Assembly: GCA_963788655.1 (NCBI GenBank) | Contig: CAWBHS010000075.1 | Span: 32,001 to 96,000, forward strand | From: an uncultured Verrucomicrobiae bacterium | GTDB taxonomy: Bacteria > Verrucomicrobiota > Verrucomicrobiia > Limisphaerales > JAFGQR01 | Direction of reading: 5' to 3' | Length of the DNA: 64,000 nt | The notes under the pieces: model-generated | What the model saw: the letters and a program-made list of their open reading frames with translations, nothing else | Databases searched by the model: none | Told to the model about the DNA's origin: nothing | Translations under genes and position numbers: made by a program | Shown here: in pieces, positions 40,933-50,728 of the stretch | Layout: each line of letters starts with the position of its first letter | Position numbering within the stretch: the first letter of the stretch is position 1

Positions 40933-41634
40933 TCATATTCCCGGTTCCGCAAACATGTAGCCCTTGCCGCGCACGGTCAGCAACACTTGGGGATGGTCCG
41001 GATCGTCCCGCAGTTTCTCGCGCAGGTGGACTACGTGCATGTCAATCGTCCGCGTCGCCAGCCGCTTTGGATCCAGGCGCCAGACGCGCTGGAGGATTTC
41101 GTCCCGCGAAATGGCACGACCGGCGTTGCCAGCCAGATAACGAAGCAACTCGACCTCTCGTTCGGAAAGCTCGCTCCGCTGGCCATCGTCAAACCGCACT
41201 TCGCACCGGGCGAGGTCCGCGATGCCGCGGGGCAGCTTGATCTTGCTGACCTGTTCCGGCCGTTCCGGCGAACGGCGCAATACTGCTTCAACCCGCGCCA
41301 GCAGTTCGCGCACGCTGAAGGGTTTAACCACATAATCGTCCGCCCCCATGCGCAGTCCCTTCACCCGATCCGCTTCTTCGCCGCGGGCGGTGAGGATAAT
41401 GGTCGGCAAGGTGGGGCGAGTGTTATGCATGGCTTCCAGGATTTCGAAGCCATTTGCCCCCGGCAAAATGAGGTCCAGGAGCAACAGGTCGTAGGTGGCA
41501 CGCACTGCCTGCTTCAATCCGTCCGTACCGTTGGCGGCCTGGAGGACTTCGTAACCGGCAAACTGAAGGGCATCCACCAAGCCCTGCCGGATGGCGGAAT
41601 CATCTTCAATGACCAACACACGTTTGGCTTGCAT
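40933..41634 (-). CDS. OmpR/PhoB-family response regulator
   Basis: VLVIEDD, LLDLILP, GADDYVVKPF and winged-helix C-terminus LTVRGKGY. Confidence 0.95.
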   Translation of the reverse strand: MQAKRVLVIEDDSAIRQGLVDALQFAGYEVLQAANGTDGLKQAVRATYDLLLLDLILPGANGFEILEAMHNTRPTLPTIILTARGEEADRVKGLRMGADDYVVKPFSVRELLARVEAVLRRSPERPEQVSKIKLPRGIADLARCEVRFDDGQRSELSEREVELLRYLAGNAGRAISRDEILQRVWRLDPKRLATRTIDMHVVHLREKLRDDPDHPQVLLTVRGKGYMFAEPGI

Positions 41635-41687
41635 GATCAGAGCTAAAGGGCGTCACGCCGGTTTAACCCGCGCAATTCACTCTTTCG

Positions 41688-41759
41688 GTAGCCGCCGCCG
41701 GGAAGAGGCGTTAGAGCGCCAGGAGGCCTCGGCGTGCGCCTCATTACTTCGGCGGCTAC
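41688..41759. repeat. REPIN (GTAGCCGCCG...CGGCGGCTAC)
   Basis: Inverted arms GTAGCCGCCG..GAAGAGGCG / CGCCTCATTACTTCGGCGGCTAC. Confidence 0.7.
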
Positions 41760-41871
41760 AGTCAGTCGGAGTCCCAAGCGAGTAGTGAAATGTCCGGTCC
41801 AATGCATTCACTTTCATCAAAACGTAGCAGGCTTGCGGCGTTCGACCAACCGCCATTCGCGGGCGGGTGCC

Positions 41872-43641
41872 TCAACGCCAATAGTAATGCCACGTATAAC
41901 CCAATTCGGCTTCCTTACCGGCAGCGAGATCAAGTTTCCAGGTGATGCTGCCCACGCCATTGACGTGATGCCACCACCAAGGCCAATTGAACCAGCTCCA
42001 CCAGGACGGACCGTTGTCCTAGTTGCCGACCGGCAGATAATCGCGGCTCTCGAACACATTACTCATCTGGACCGTGCCGTCGTGATCGGCGCTGTCCACG
42101 TGGCCCAGCACGTAGCGCGTGACTTCAAGCCGCACCGGTTGTGCGCGATGATTGGTCACGCGCACCTCGCCGGTCAGGTCCACGCGCATGAATTGATCGC
42201 CGTTCTGTTGAAAGGCATTGGGGGTACGAGTGGTTTCGTTGTCGGTTTTCTTCACTTGAAGATCGACGGCGGTCGTCAGTGCCAAATCGCTGCGGGCGCC
42301 CACGGCGGTGTAGGTCATCATGCCCTGGGCGATCACCCGGCCCTGCCGCAGAATCAACGCCGGTGCCGTGGTGAAGGGGTAACTGCTCTTGTTCGTCAGG
42401 CGCGCTTGGTGCGTCACCTTGGGCGCGGAAAATAAGCGGGCCAATTCGGCCTGCTGCTGGTTGTTCAGATTCCGCGCCATTTCCGGCGGCGGCGCAAACG
42501 GCAGGTCCAACGCAAACACGTCTTCGTAAGGCACGGTGCATTCGGCAATGGGCAGCACCATCCGCTCGCCTTGCTTCAAAGTGACGTGGCGCACAGTGAA
42601 CACAAACAAGTCCTCGTTCCGGGCCGATTCGGGAAATTCCGGTCCCGCCCCGCCCCCGCCTTCACCACCGCCGCGAAAATCGCCCATGCGCGCCGTTTGA
42701 GTCATGATGGCATTGCTGAAATTGGACGCCAGTGCGCTCCGGCGATTTTGCCGGCCTCCGCCCTCCTGAAAGTAAGCGGATAACTGCGCCGCCATTTCCT
42801 GGAGCGCCATCGGGTCCAGGGTGTCTTTGAAATAGAACGTCGGCACGCCGATGACCAGTTGGAGCGTCACGTCTTCCAGGTCAGTCAATTCGTTCAATAC
42901 CGTCGCCTGCAACCGAAGTTGCGCGTGGCCCTGGCCGTCCAACTCAACCTTGTAACTGGGAATCCACCGGAGGCCTTTCTGCAAATACATCAATCCCAAA
43001 TCCGCCGTCGGTCCCGGCGCCTGCCCGCCCCCATTGAACTTCAGCGTCAAGAAATCCCGAAACTCTTCCTGCGCGGCTTTGGCGCGCGGGGGCTGCTTGA
43101 AGGTGACCTCCCGAATCTGCTCGAACGGAAGCGCCTTGATGCCTTCGGCGGTCTTCAGCAGCACCAGGTTACCCTGTTGCGGCAACTGCTCGGCGGCTCC
43201 CGGCGGGCTGGTGTCCAGCAACTCTTTGGAGCTTCGGGTGGGAAAGCCGAGGAGGGTGCAGGGATAAGCCAGGTTATTCGTTTCAGTGACGACGGCTTCC
43301 GCGCCTTCGTTGGCTTCCACCAACTCACGCAACGTGAGCGCAGTTCGCTCGACGGATAATTTCTTTCGGCTGGCGACCACGGACACCAGCTTGGCTTTGG
43401 GCTCTTTGGAGTAAGCCCAAAATGTTCCGATGACCGGCCGGGGCAGATTGTCCATCAGGATCTCGCCGGCCGCACTCATGGGCAAGCGACCCTCATGGAG
43501 CACAAACGCATGCCCGTCCTTGAACACCGTGACTTCCTTTACCGGCAGCCGGGAAACTGCCGCAGGCGACACAGGTTGATCGGCGGCCAAACCGGCAGTG
43601 GCTACCGCCAGCAACAGAGGCAACGAGATGTAAGTTTTCAT
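41872..43641 (-). CDS. Secreted DUF4139-like protein with an in-frame TAG at 42019-42021
   Basis: Signal peptide; VKEVTVFKDGHAFV; YLQKGLRWIPSY. The same frame continues 48 codons past the TAG (DNGPSWWSWFNWPWWW...TWHYYWR) to TGA at 41872. Confidence 0.7.
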
Positions 43642-43677
43642 ACGCCACCGACCTTACCACTGCGTGCCAGGGCTGTC

Positions 43678-43695
43678 TGTAAAGAGTGTGTAAAG
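43678..43695. promoter_or_regulatory. Putative OmpR-family binding site (TGTAAAG direct repeat, 11-bp period)
   Basis: TGTAAAG at 43678 and 43689, ~40 bp upstream of the DUF4139/RR/HK operon. Confidence 0.45.
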
Positions 43696-44004
43696 GCGGG
43701 TGAGGATTGAAGAGTTTAAGCGCTGACGGTTTAGATTGGGCCCGGCGGTGGAATCGATTCCCACGGCCGCGCTCGAACCTTCTTGCCCGATGGCCGCGGA
43801 TCCCTCCGTTCGCTCGGCCGGTAGGATGTTGGCGGCACATTGTTGTCGGCACCCTCCGGCTGGCATTGCCTGCCCGCACTACATGGGCAAAAAGGATTGC
43901 TGCCATCCGTGGCGGAAGGGTATCGTTGGTGGCATCACGGTGTTCGAGTTTCTTCTCCGAGCCATCGGTTGGCCTAACGAGCCCAAGCTCGATACCGAAC
44001 CATC

Positions 44005-46218
44005 ATGCGGTTAGTCAACATATCCAACCGGCTGCCCTTCACGGTTACAGTGAAGGACGGCAAACTACGATTCAAAGACAGCCCCGGCGGCCTGACCACG
44101 GGGCTCTGGAGCTATTTGGAGCACGCCAAGCAGACGGGAGCCGGGCCGGTGGATTCGCTGTGGATCGGTTGGCCGGGTTCGACGATTGCCGAGGAATTCC
44201 ACGAGAAGGTCAAGGCCCGCGCCCTCAAAGAGTACAAAGCCCATCCCGTCTTCCTTACCGAAGACGCGATGAACCGCTTCTACTTGGGGTTTTGTAACAA
44301 GACCATTTGGCCCTTGTTCCATTATTTCCCGACCTACGCCACCTACGAGGAGGAGAACTGGCAGGAATACCGCCAGGTTAATCAGGCTTTTTTCGAAGCG
44401 GTGCGCGATCAACTGCAGCCCGGCGACGTGGTGTGGGTCCACGATTATCAGCTCATGCTGCTGCCCAAGTTGATTCGCGAGCATTTTCCCACGCAATCCA
44501 TTGGCTTCTTCCTGCACATCCCGTTTCCTTCGTTTGAAGTGTTCCGGGTGTTGCCCAGCGCCTGGCGGACCGAACTCCTCGAGGGTTTGCTGGGCGCCAG
44601 CGTGGTGGGCTTTCACACGCACGATTATACGCGTCATTTTCTGAGCTGCGTGCTGCGCACCCTGGGCCGCGAGCATCACTTGGGACAAATCACCCTGCGC
44701 GAGCGCACCGTCAAAGCGGACACGTTCCCCATGGGCGTCAACTTCGACAAGTTTGATGAAACGGCCCGCTCGGCGGACGTCGAGGAGCGGTTGATCAAAC
44801 TCAAAGACAAGTTCGCCGGGCGCAAACTCATTTTTTCCGCCGACCGGCTCGATTACACCAAAGGACTGATCAACCGGCTCAAGGGTTACGAACTGTTTCT
44901 CCAGCGGAATCGGTCCTGGCACGGCCAAGTCACCCTGGCCCTGGCCATCGCCCCGTCCCGCACCGGCGTGGAAACCTACCAGACCATGAAGCGCGAACTG
45001 GACGAATGGGTGGGCCGCATCCACGGCCAATATGGCAACATCCACTGGACGCCCATCATCTACCAGTATCGGACGATGTCGTTCGCGCAATTGGTCTCGA
45101 TGTATCGCTACTGCGACGTGGCGCTGGTGACGCCGCTGCGGGACGGGATGAACTTGGTGGCCAAGGAATTTCTCGCCACCCGCGTCGATCAAACCGGCGT
45201 GTTGATCCTCAGCGAGATGGCCGGCGCCTCGAAGGAAATGGGCGAAGCGCTGCTGATCAATCCCTTCCATGAAACCGAAATTGCCGACGCGCTCGAACGC
45301 GCGCTGGCCATGCCGGAGGAGGAACAGAAGCGGCGCAATCAAATCATGCAGGACCGCTTGCGCCGCTACAACGTCGTCCGCTGGGCGGAGGATTTTATGA
45401 ACGCGCTCCAGCGTACCGAAAAAAGCCAGATGGCGGCCCTGGCCAAATACTTTGGCGCGGCGGCCCAGCAAACCGCGCGCGCCGCCTACGCGCAGGCCAA
45501 ACATCGGGCGATCCTGTTGGATTATGACGGAACCCTCATCTCGTTCGTTCAAGATCCGCAGAAGGCCGAGCCGGATGCGGAGCTGCTGCAACTGTTGACG
45601 TCGCTCGCCAACGATCCGGCCAACGAAGTGGTGATCATCAGCGGTCGGCCGCGGGCCGATCTCGAACGCTGGCTGGGCAGACTGCCACTTCATTTCATTG
45701 CCGAACACGGCGTGTGGCTCAAACCTAAAGCCGGTGAATGGCGGCAATTGAAAATTCTAAGTTCGGAATGGAAGGACCAACTCCGCCCCATCCTGCAACT
45801 CTACGTGGATCGCCTGCCGGGGGCGTTGGTCGAGGAAAAAGAATATTCGCTGGTGTGGCATTACCGGCGGGCCGATCCCGAGCAGGGTTCGCTGCGCGCC
45901 AAGGAATTGCTCGATGACCTGGCCGATTACACCCGCAACATTGATGTGCAGGTGATGGAAGGCAACAAGGTCATTGAAGTGCGCAGCGCCGGCGTGAACA
46001 AAGGCGCCGGCGCGCTCGCCTGGCTGGCCGAAGGCGACAATGATTTCCTGTTGGCAATCGGCGACGACTGGACGGACGAGGACATGTTTCGCGTGTTGCC
46101 CCAATCCGCGTATTCCATCCGGGTGGGTCTGGAGAACACCGTCGCCCGCTTCCGCCTCGCCAACGCTGGCGCCGTACGGCAAGTGTTGCGCGAGTTGGCG
46201 GCGGTGAGCGCGCCTTAA
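44005..46218 (+). CDS. Bifunctional trehalose-6-phosphate synthase/phosphatase (OtsA-OtsB fusion)
   Basis: ISNRLP, GGL, WVHDYQL, FFLHIPFP, DRLDYTKG, RDGMNLVAKE; HAD domain LDYDGTL and IGDDWTDEDMF. Confidence 0.95.
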   Translation: MRLVNISNRLPFTVTVKDGKLRFKDSPGGLTTGLWSYLEHAKQTGAGPVDSLWIGWPGSTIAEEFHEKVKARALKEYKAHPVFLTEDAMNRFYLGFCNKTIWPLFHYFPTYATYEEENWQEYRQVNQAFFEAVRDQLQPGDVVWVHDYQLMLLPKLIREHFPTQSIGFFLHIPFPSFEVFRVLPSAWRTELLEGLLGASVVGFHTHDYTRHFLSCVLRTLGREHHLGQITLRERTVKADTFPMGVNFDKFDETARSADVEERLIKLKDKFAGRKLIFSADRLDYTKGLINRLKGYELFLQRNRSWHGQVTLALAIAPSRTGVETYQTMKRELDEWVGRIHGQYGNIHWTPIIYQYRTMSFAQLVSMYRYCDVALVTPLRDGMNLVAKEFLATRVDQTGVLILSEMAGASKEMGEALLINPFHETEIADALERALAMPEEEQKRRNQIMQDRLRRYNVVRWAEDFMNALQRTEKSQMAALAKYFGAAAQQTARAAYAQAKHRAILLDYDGTLISFVQDPQKAEPDAELLQLLTSLANDPANEVVIISGRPRADLERWLGRLPLHFIAEHGVWLKPKAGEWRQLKILSSEWKDQLRPILQLYVDRLPGALVEEKEYSLVWHYRRADPEQGSLRAKELLDDLADYTRNIDVQVMEGNKVIEVRSAGVNKGAGALAWLAEGDNDFLLAIGDDWTDEDMFRVLPQSAYSIRVGLENTVARFRLANAGAVRQVLRELAAVSAP

Positions 46219-46310
46219 AGTTCGTTGGATAAAGTCGCCGGCAAAGTTCCCCACCAAGGCCGAAAGCCGGCAACGGGGACTGGCGCTAACCGCTCTAACA
46301 CTTCAACTCT

Positions 46311-48397
46311 TCACTCACCCTTTGCTGCAACTGCCGGCCTAGCTTCCAGCACCCAAACCGCAAACGGCTTCAATCCAATTTCCAGCGGCGTTCCCGCCTG
46401 CACCGCGAGCGCGGGTTGGTCCGCGTCTTCGGCCCACGGACTTTTGAGCCCATAGCGCGTGGGAGCGCCGGCGGGCAGTTCGAAGGCCGTACCGACGTTC
46501 GAGCCGAAACGTTTGCTCGCGATCATCCGGATTGCGCAGCATCACGACGCCTTTGCGTGGGGACCAGGAGGCATAGCCATAAACTTCCAATCGCGCGGGA
46601 TCGCCGCCGATCCAATGAGTATCGACGAGCACGTCGGCATTCGCGCGGGACCATTTCGCCGCCTCCGCCAGCACGCGCCAATCGTCGTCCGTCAGTTTGT
46701 CCGGTTGGATATAGAGTTCCTGCAAACCGGTGCCACTGCCGAAGAACGTGCGCACATCGTCTTTGAACCCGGAGGAATTGAAAGTCGGTTCGCCCGCCGA
46801 TCCGTGCCGCGAATACGCGACCCCTTGGGTCATCAACGAGTTCAACGGGTAAAGCGGGCTCTGGCGGACGATGTTGCGATACACCTCCTGATCGCGGTAC
46901 GTGAGCCATTGCTGTTGCTTCGGTCCTTTGCCGGCCAACCCCATGTCGCCGCCCTGCCGCCAAAGCGAGTCCGCGTAGCGCAGCCAGAACGGCGACGGCC
47001 AGGAGCCGGTGGTAAAATTGAGGTAGAGATTTGGATCGGCCTGCCGCAATTCGAGCATCAAACGGCGCAGTGCTTCCGTGTCGCGGAGGTAAGCGGCGCC
47101 GCCGCGCGCGTACATCCCCGCGGCAATGCCATCGAATTTGAAATGGTTCACGCCGTATTGGCGGATCAGGTTCAAGCACGACTGCTTAAACGCCGCGTAG
47201 TATTTGGGTCCCGCGAGTGAAAAGCCGGTACCGTTGACTTCAAATCCCTGTTCCCGCCCGAACTTAAGACGTTGCTTTTTGGGTTCACCGTAACCGCCAA
47301 ACGGTGAAAGCCAGACGCCCAAACGGGTGTGATATTTCCGGCAAAGCTCGGCCAGCGGCGTAAAGCCCTGGGGAAACCCGCGGTGAAACTGCCACAGCGT
47401 TTGGGGATCATCCCACCCATCATCAAACACCATCGCGTCCATGACCACGCCGTAAGGTTTGAGGAACCGCTCGCCAAACAGCCGGATGGCTTCCAGGCAA
47501 TTGGTTTCGTTCAAGGCAAAGGGCGACCAGGCGATGTCGTACCAGGAATTGTAATGAAGGAAAGGGCGATAAGGATGGGCGCGCTCTCGTTCCAGATAAT
47601 AAAGAAAACCGCGGCGCATCTGGCCCGCTGGCGACAAGCCGATGACGAAGCTCTGCGTCAGTGATTCGCCAGCGCGGAGTGGTGCGTCACAGGGAACGCG
47701 ACAGGAAATGCGACCGCGATTGACGGCCACAGAAGCCATGGGATCTTCCGCGCCGAAAAAGAAGTTGCCGGCGACAACTGGCACCCCGTCCACCTGTCCC
47801 ATCGTCTGGGCACTTGGAATGGCTTCGTCCAACCAAACGATCTCTTTGAGTGGGCAAGCTTCTTCACTGGCCGCGGCAACCTGGAGTCTCCTGGCGAACG
47901 TAATTGGCGCCATCACGAAGGACGGCGCGCCAAAGCACGCGCAACCGTCCGTCGGGCGAACGCAGGGGAACTTCAATCTGCCAGCCGGGAACTCGCCGCG
48001 CCAAACGCGATGCGGTCGCAACCGGGACCAATTCATTCACCCTCGGCTTGGTTTCGGGCACGAGGGTGGACGCCGGATAGCGTTGCCCATTAGTGAGCAC
48101 GAGCTGAAAGAGTTCGCCGGTGAAACCAAGCGTGCGGCCAGTTTGAACATCCCGCACCGATGGGGCTTCGAGTCCGTGCGAGGTCAATGTCCAGGACACC
48201 GCAAAGGCAGCGTTGCTGGCAATTAAATTGGAACGAACGCACTGAATGCTCGCAGATCCTGGTAGAACACCTGGGTACCTCGGATTAAGCCCAAACCCTG
48301 CCGCCGTTGTGGATGCCTCCGTCAACCAGACGCTGGCAAGGGCGTAGAAGGTGAACAGAATTGCGACGAAGCGAAGCCGTTTTTGGGTATCGATCAT
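46311..48397 (-). CDS. Secreted alpha-galactosidase (GH36/GH27)-like protein (frameshifted near 47880 and 46500)
   Basis: HYNSWYD, VFDDGW, FPQGF, GVWLSPFGGY and FKFDG; pieces 47864..48397, 46339..48036 and 46311..46526. Confidence 0.7.
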
Positions 48398-48589
48398 GGC
48401 GTGAAGGTTATCGCTCCCGTGATCAAAGCGTCAACCCAGGCAGCAAGGAGCAAATACCGGAGGATTCTCGGTTGTTCCAAAAGTCAAGCTTGCGACCTTT
48501 GTTGGAAACGCTGTCAGTAACTTGGTGAGACTCACAACTTTCGCCGAACTTGGCGAACTCGATCCTTCTCCGATCTTCACGTCGCACGG

Positions 48590-48760
48590 CCCGCCGAACG
48601 TTTGGCCGCTTTGGAATTGAGCCGACAAATTGCTTATGGCTACGGCCCGACTGCCCGCCAACTTTCAAGATTATTTGAAGTTGTTGAATTCACACCGCGT
48701 TGAGTACCTGTTGATCGGCGGTTACGCAGTCTGTTACCACGGGTAGTACCGTGCGTTTGA
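48590..48760 (+). pseudogene. Relic of a small-protein / nucleotidyltransferase gene pair
   Basis: PAERLAALELSRQIAYGYGP...LFEVVEFTPR* (48590-48703) overlaps MATARLPANFQDYLKLLNSHRVEYLLIGGYAVCYHG* (48636-48746), an NTase-type N-terminus ending in a premature TAG. Confidence 0.6.
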
Positions 48761-48774
48761 TAGCCCATGCACTC

Positions 48775-49788
48775 TCATTCCCATGTCTCGAAATCGTGGC
48801 AGAGTTGCGGGTCAGACGAATACTCCGATGGCGGGTTTGCCTTGAGGTATAGTCTGGCGCGTTCAATGCCTTTGACAATTGTGTCAATAAGAATTTCCAG
48901 GTCCAGTTTTGCCCGGGTGGTGGCAGCCTGTGCATTGCCGGCAGCGCCGGCAAGAACAAGGAGCTTGTACGCTTCAACTTCGTCCTTACGTACGCCGCGA
49001 CCATTGGAATAGAACATTGCCAGATTGAACTGAGCCGGGGGAAAATCTTTGGCGGCTGCTTTCTTCAGCAGCTCAATGCCCCGATTCAAGTCAGCAGGAA
49101 CTTTGTCGCCATTAATGTACGCGACCGCAAGATCCGTCTCTGCCATTGGAACCCCGGCGGCGGCCGCTTCGCGCATCCATTTCAGCCACTCGTCCTTCGC
49201 TTTCGGTGCGGCGAAAGCGAGAACTTGCGTGAGCATGTATTTGCCCTCGCCCAAGCCCGCATCAGCGGCTTTCTTGAACCATTTGCTGGCTTCAACCGCA
49301 GAGGGCGGTTTCAACTGGAGACAGTAATGACCCAGGCGATAATATGCTGGAGCAAAACCAAGGTTAGCCGCCCGGCGGAACAAGTCCATGGCTCGATCCT
49401 GATCTTTCTCGACACCGTCTCCGTAGTAATAAAGTTCGCCAAGATTATAGACTGCATTGGCGTTGGTGTTTCCCGCCTTCAGGAACCACTCAACTGCTTT
49501 GCCTTTGTCCTGCGGAATGCCTTGGCCTTTAAGAGTCATCATGCCCAGCATGCGTGAGCATTCTGATTCTCCACCTTTCGCTCCTCTGAGGAACAAGTCA
49601 TGCGCCTGATCGAAGGCCTTCTTCCGATACTGTTCGAGCCCCAGACGATGGAAGGACGATATTGATGAATTGACGTCACCCGATGACTGAGGCATCTCCG
49701 CTGAGAAAAGACGAGGAAAAGCAATTAAAACCAGCAGCGCAGCAAGGAAATTTGAACTGCTTGTTGCCATTTTGGATTTCATAAGCAA
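48775..49788 (-). CDS. Sel1-repeat (TPR-like) protein
   Basis: Repeated A...LG.MY..G.GV.KD...A..W..KAA motifs; N-terminal hydrophobic segment. Confidence 0.9.
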   Translation of the reverse strand: MLMKSKMATSSSNFLAALLVLIAFPRLFSAEMPQSSGDVNSSISSFHRLGLEQYRKKAFDQAHDLFLRGAKGGESECSRMLGMMTLKGQGIPQDKGKAVEWFLKAGNTNANAVYNLGELYYYGDGVEKDQDRAMDLFRRAANLGFAPAYYRLGHYCLQLKPPSAVEASKWFKKAADAGLGEGKYMLTQVLAFAAPKAKDEWLKWMREAAAAGVPMAETDLAVAYINGDKVPADLNRGIELLKKAAAKDFPPAQFNLAMFYSNGRGVRKDEVEAYKLLVLAGAAGNAQAATTRAKLDLEILIDTIVKGIERARLYLKANPPSEYSSDPQLCHDFETWE

Positions 49789-49796
49789 TAGGGAAT

Positions 49797-50288
49797 TTAC
49801 AGACTCGCCCTCTCGCCGACATGAGCTGCCGGTCCGGCTTTGGATGTTCGGTGCTTGTTCGATGTCGTTATCCTTTTGGACTTATCAAAGTAATCCCGCG
49901 GGATCAGCACTTGCAATCCCTTTACCGCGCCGTTTTTGTTAATACGATGAAACCCGACTTGGTAAACCTGGCTGGTTTCAAACCGCCAGTGTGACTTCAT
50001 CCCAAAGTCGGCTTCCGCATCATCAAGCTGGAAGCGGTCAATTGAGGGATCTCCCTTCAGCACCCGCACAATGCGGAACTTGGCCGTCCAGCGGACATGC
50101 ACCACCGCTCCCCAACTCAAAGAGAATTGTCGTATGAAGATCCTTTGGTGTGCCTCGGTGCAAACCACATCAGCGACAACCGGAAAATATGCGCTCTGGC
50201 TCGTGTTGAGGGTGAATTTGTTTGCTGCGCACCCGCAAATTGCAACCAGGAATAAAATGGCAAACGTAACACGCATTGCGTCATTCAA
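49797..50288 (-). CDS. Hypothetical lipoprotein
   Basis: Lipobox-like LVAICGC after a hydrophobic stretch. Confidence 0.45.
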   Translation of the reverse strand: MNDAMRVTFAILFLVAICGCAANKFTLNTSQSAYFPVVADVVCTEAHQRIFIRQFSLSWGAVVHVRWTAKFRIVRVLKGDPSIDRFQLDDAEADFGMKSHWRFETSQVYQVGFHRINKNGAVKGLQVLIPRDYFDKSKRITTSNKHRTSKAGPAAHVGERASL

Positions 50289-50315
50289 AAAAACAATGGG
50301 ACATTACTCTTTCTG

Positions 50316-50407
50316 ACTTTGAACCTGTCACTTTATGAAACCCAGAAACGCTGTCAATAACTTTGAACCTGTCACTTTATTCACTTTATTTGAACCTGTC
50401 ACTTTAT
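50316..50407. repeat. Three direct copies of TTTGAACCTGTCACTTTAT
   Basis: Copies at 50318-50336, 50362-50380 and 50389-50407; an inverted near-copy at 52175-52192. Confidence 0.85.
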
Positions 50408-50541
50408 TTATTTACCCAGAAGATTTCAGGCGGATCATAGTAGCTGGGACAGCAGCTTCAGACCCGCTTCCTGCGGCAGGCGGTTGCCCTTGAGCGGATT
50501 TACTTCGTTACTGGAGTATACTTATTATTACGCCGAACGTC

Positions 50542-50568
50542 TGAACTGGTTCTGATTTCTACCGATGA
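50542..50568 (+). promoter_or_regulatory. Putative sigma-28 (FliA) promoter for flagellin
   Basis: TGAA-N15-ACCGATGA versus consensus TAAA-N15-GCCGATAA. Confidence 0.5.
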
Positions 50569-50728
50569 CCTCAACATGGCGGCTCCGGGAGCGACCTAGG
50601 AAACGGATTTTCTCCCCGACTGGATGTCCATTTGACGACCGGCTGTTTTGGTCTGTTGCGGCGAATGACAAGCAGGGATTGCCGCCGCAAACAGAATCCC
50701 GCAGACGGGATCACAGATCGAATGTACT

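Noticed and set aside
40481..40936. 151-aa ORF coupled to the response regulator stop
   Set aside because: It consists largely of translated REP arms (VGQASRLS, LECG) and is probably not a real protein.
42019..48746. Genome-wide TAG reassignment suggested by two in-frame amber codons
   Set aside because: TAG ends an intact gene at 8305-8307, and the 48744 case lies in a truncated relic.
50316..50407. Three 19-bp direct repeats as a mini CRISPR array
   Set aside because: The repeats are short, the spacers are unequal (25 and 8 nt) and there are no cas genes.
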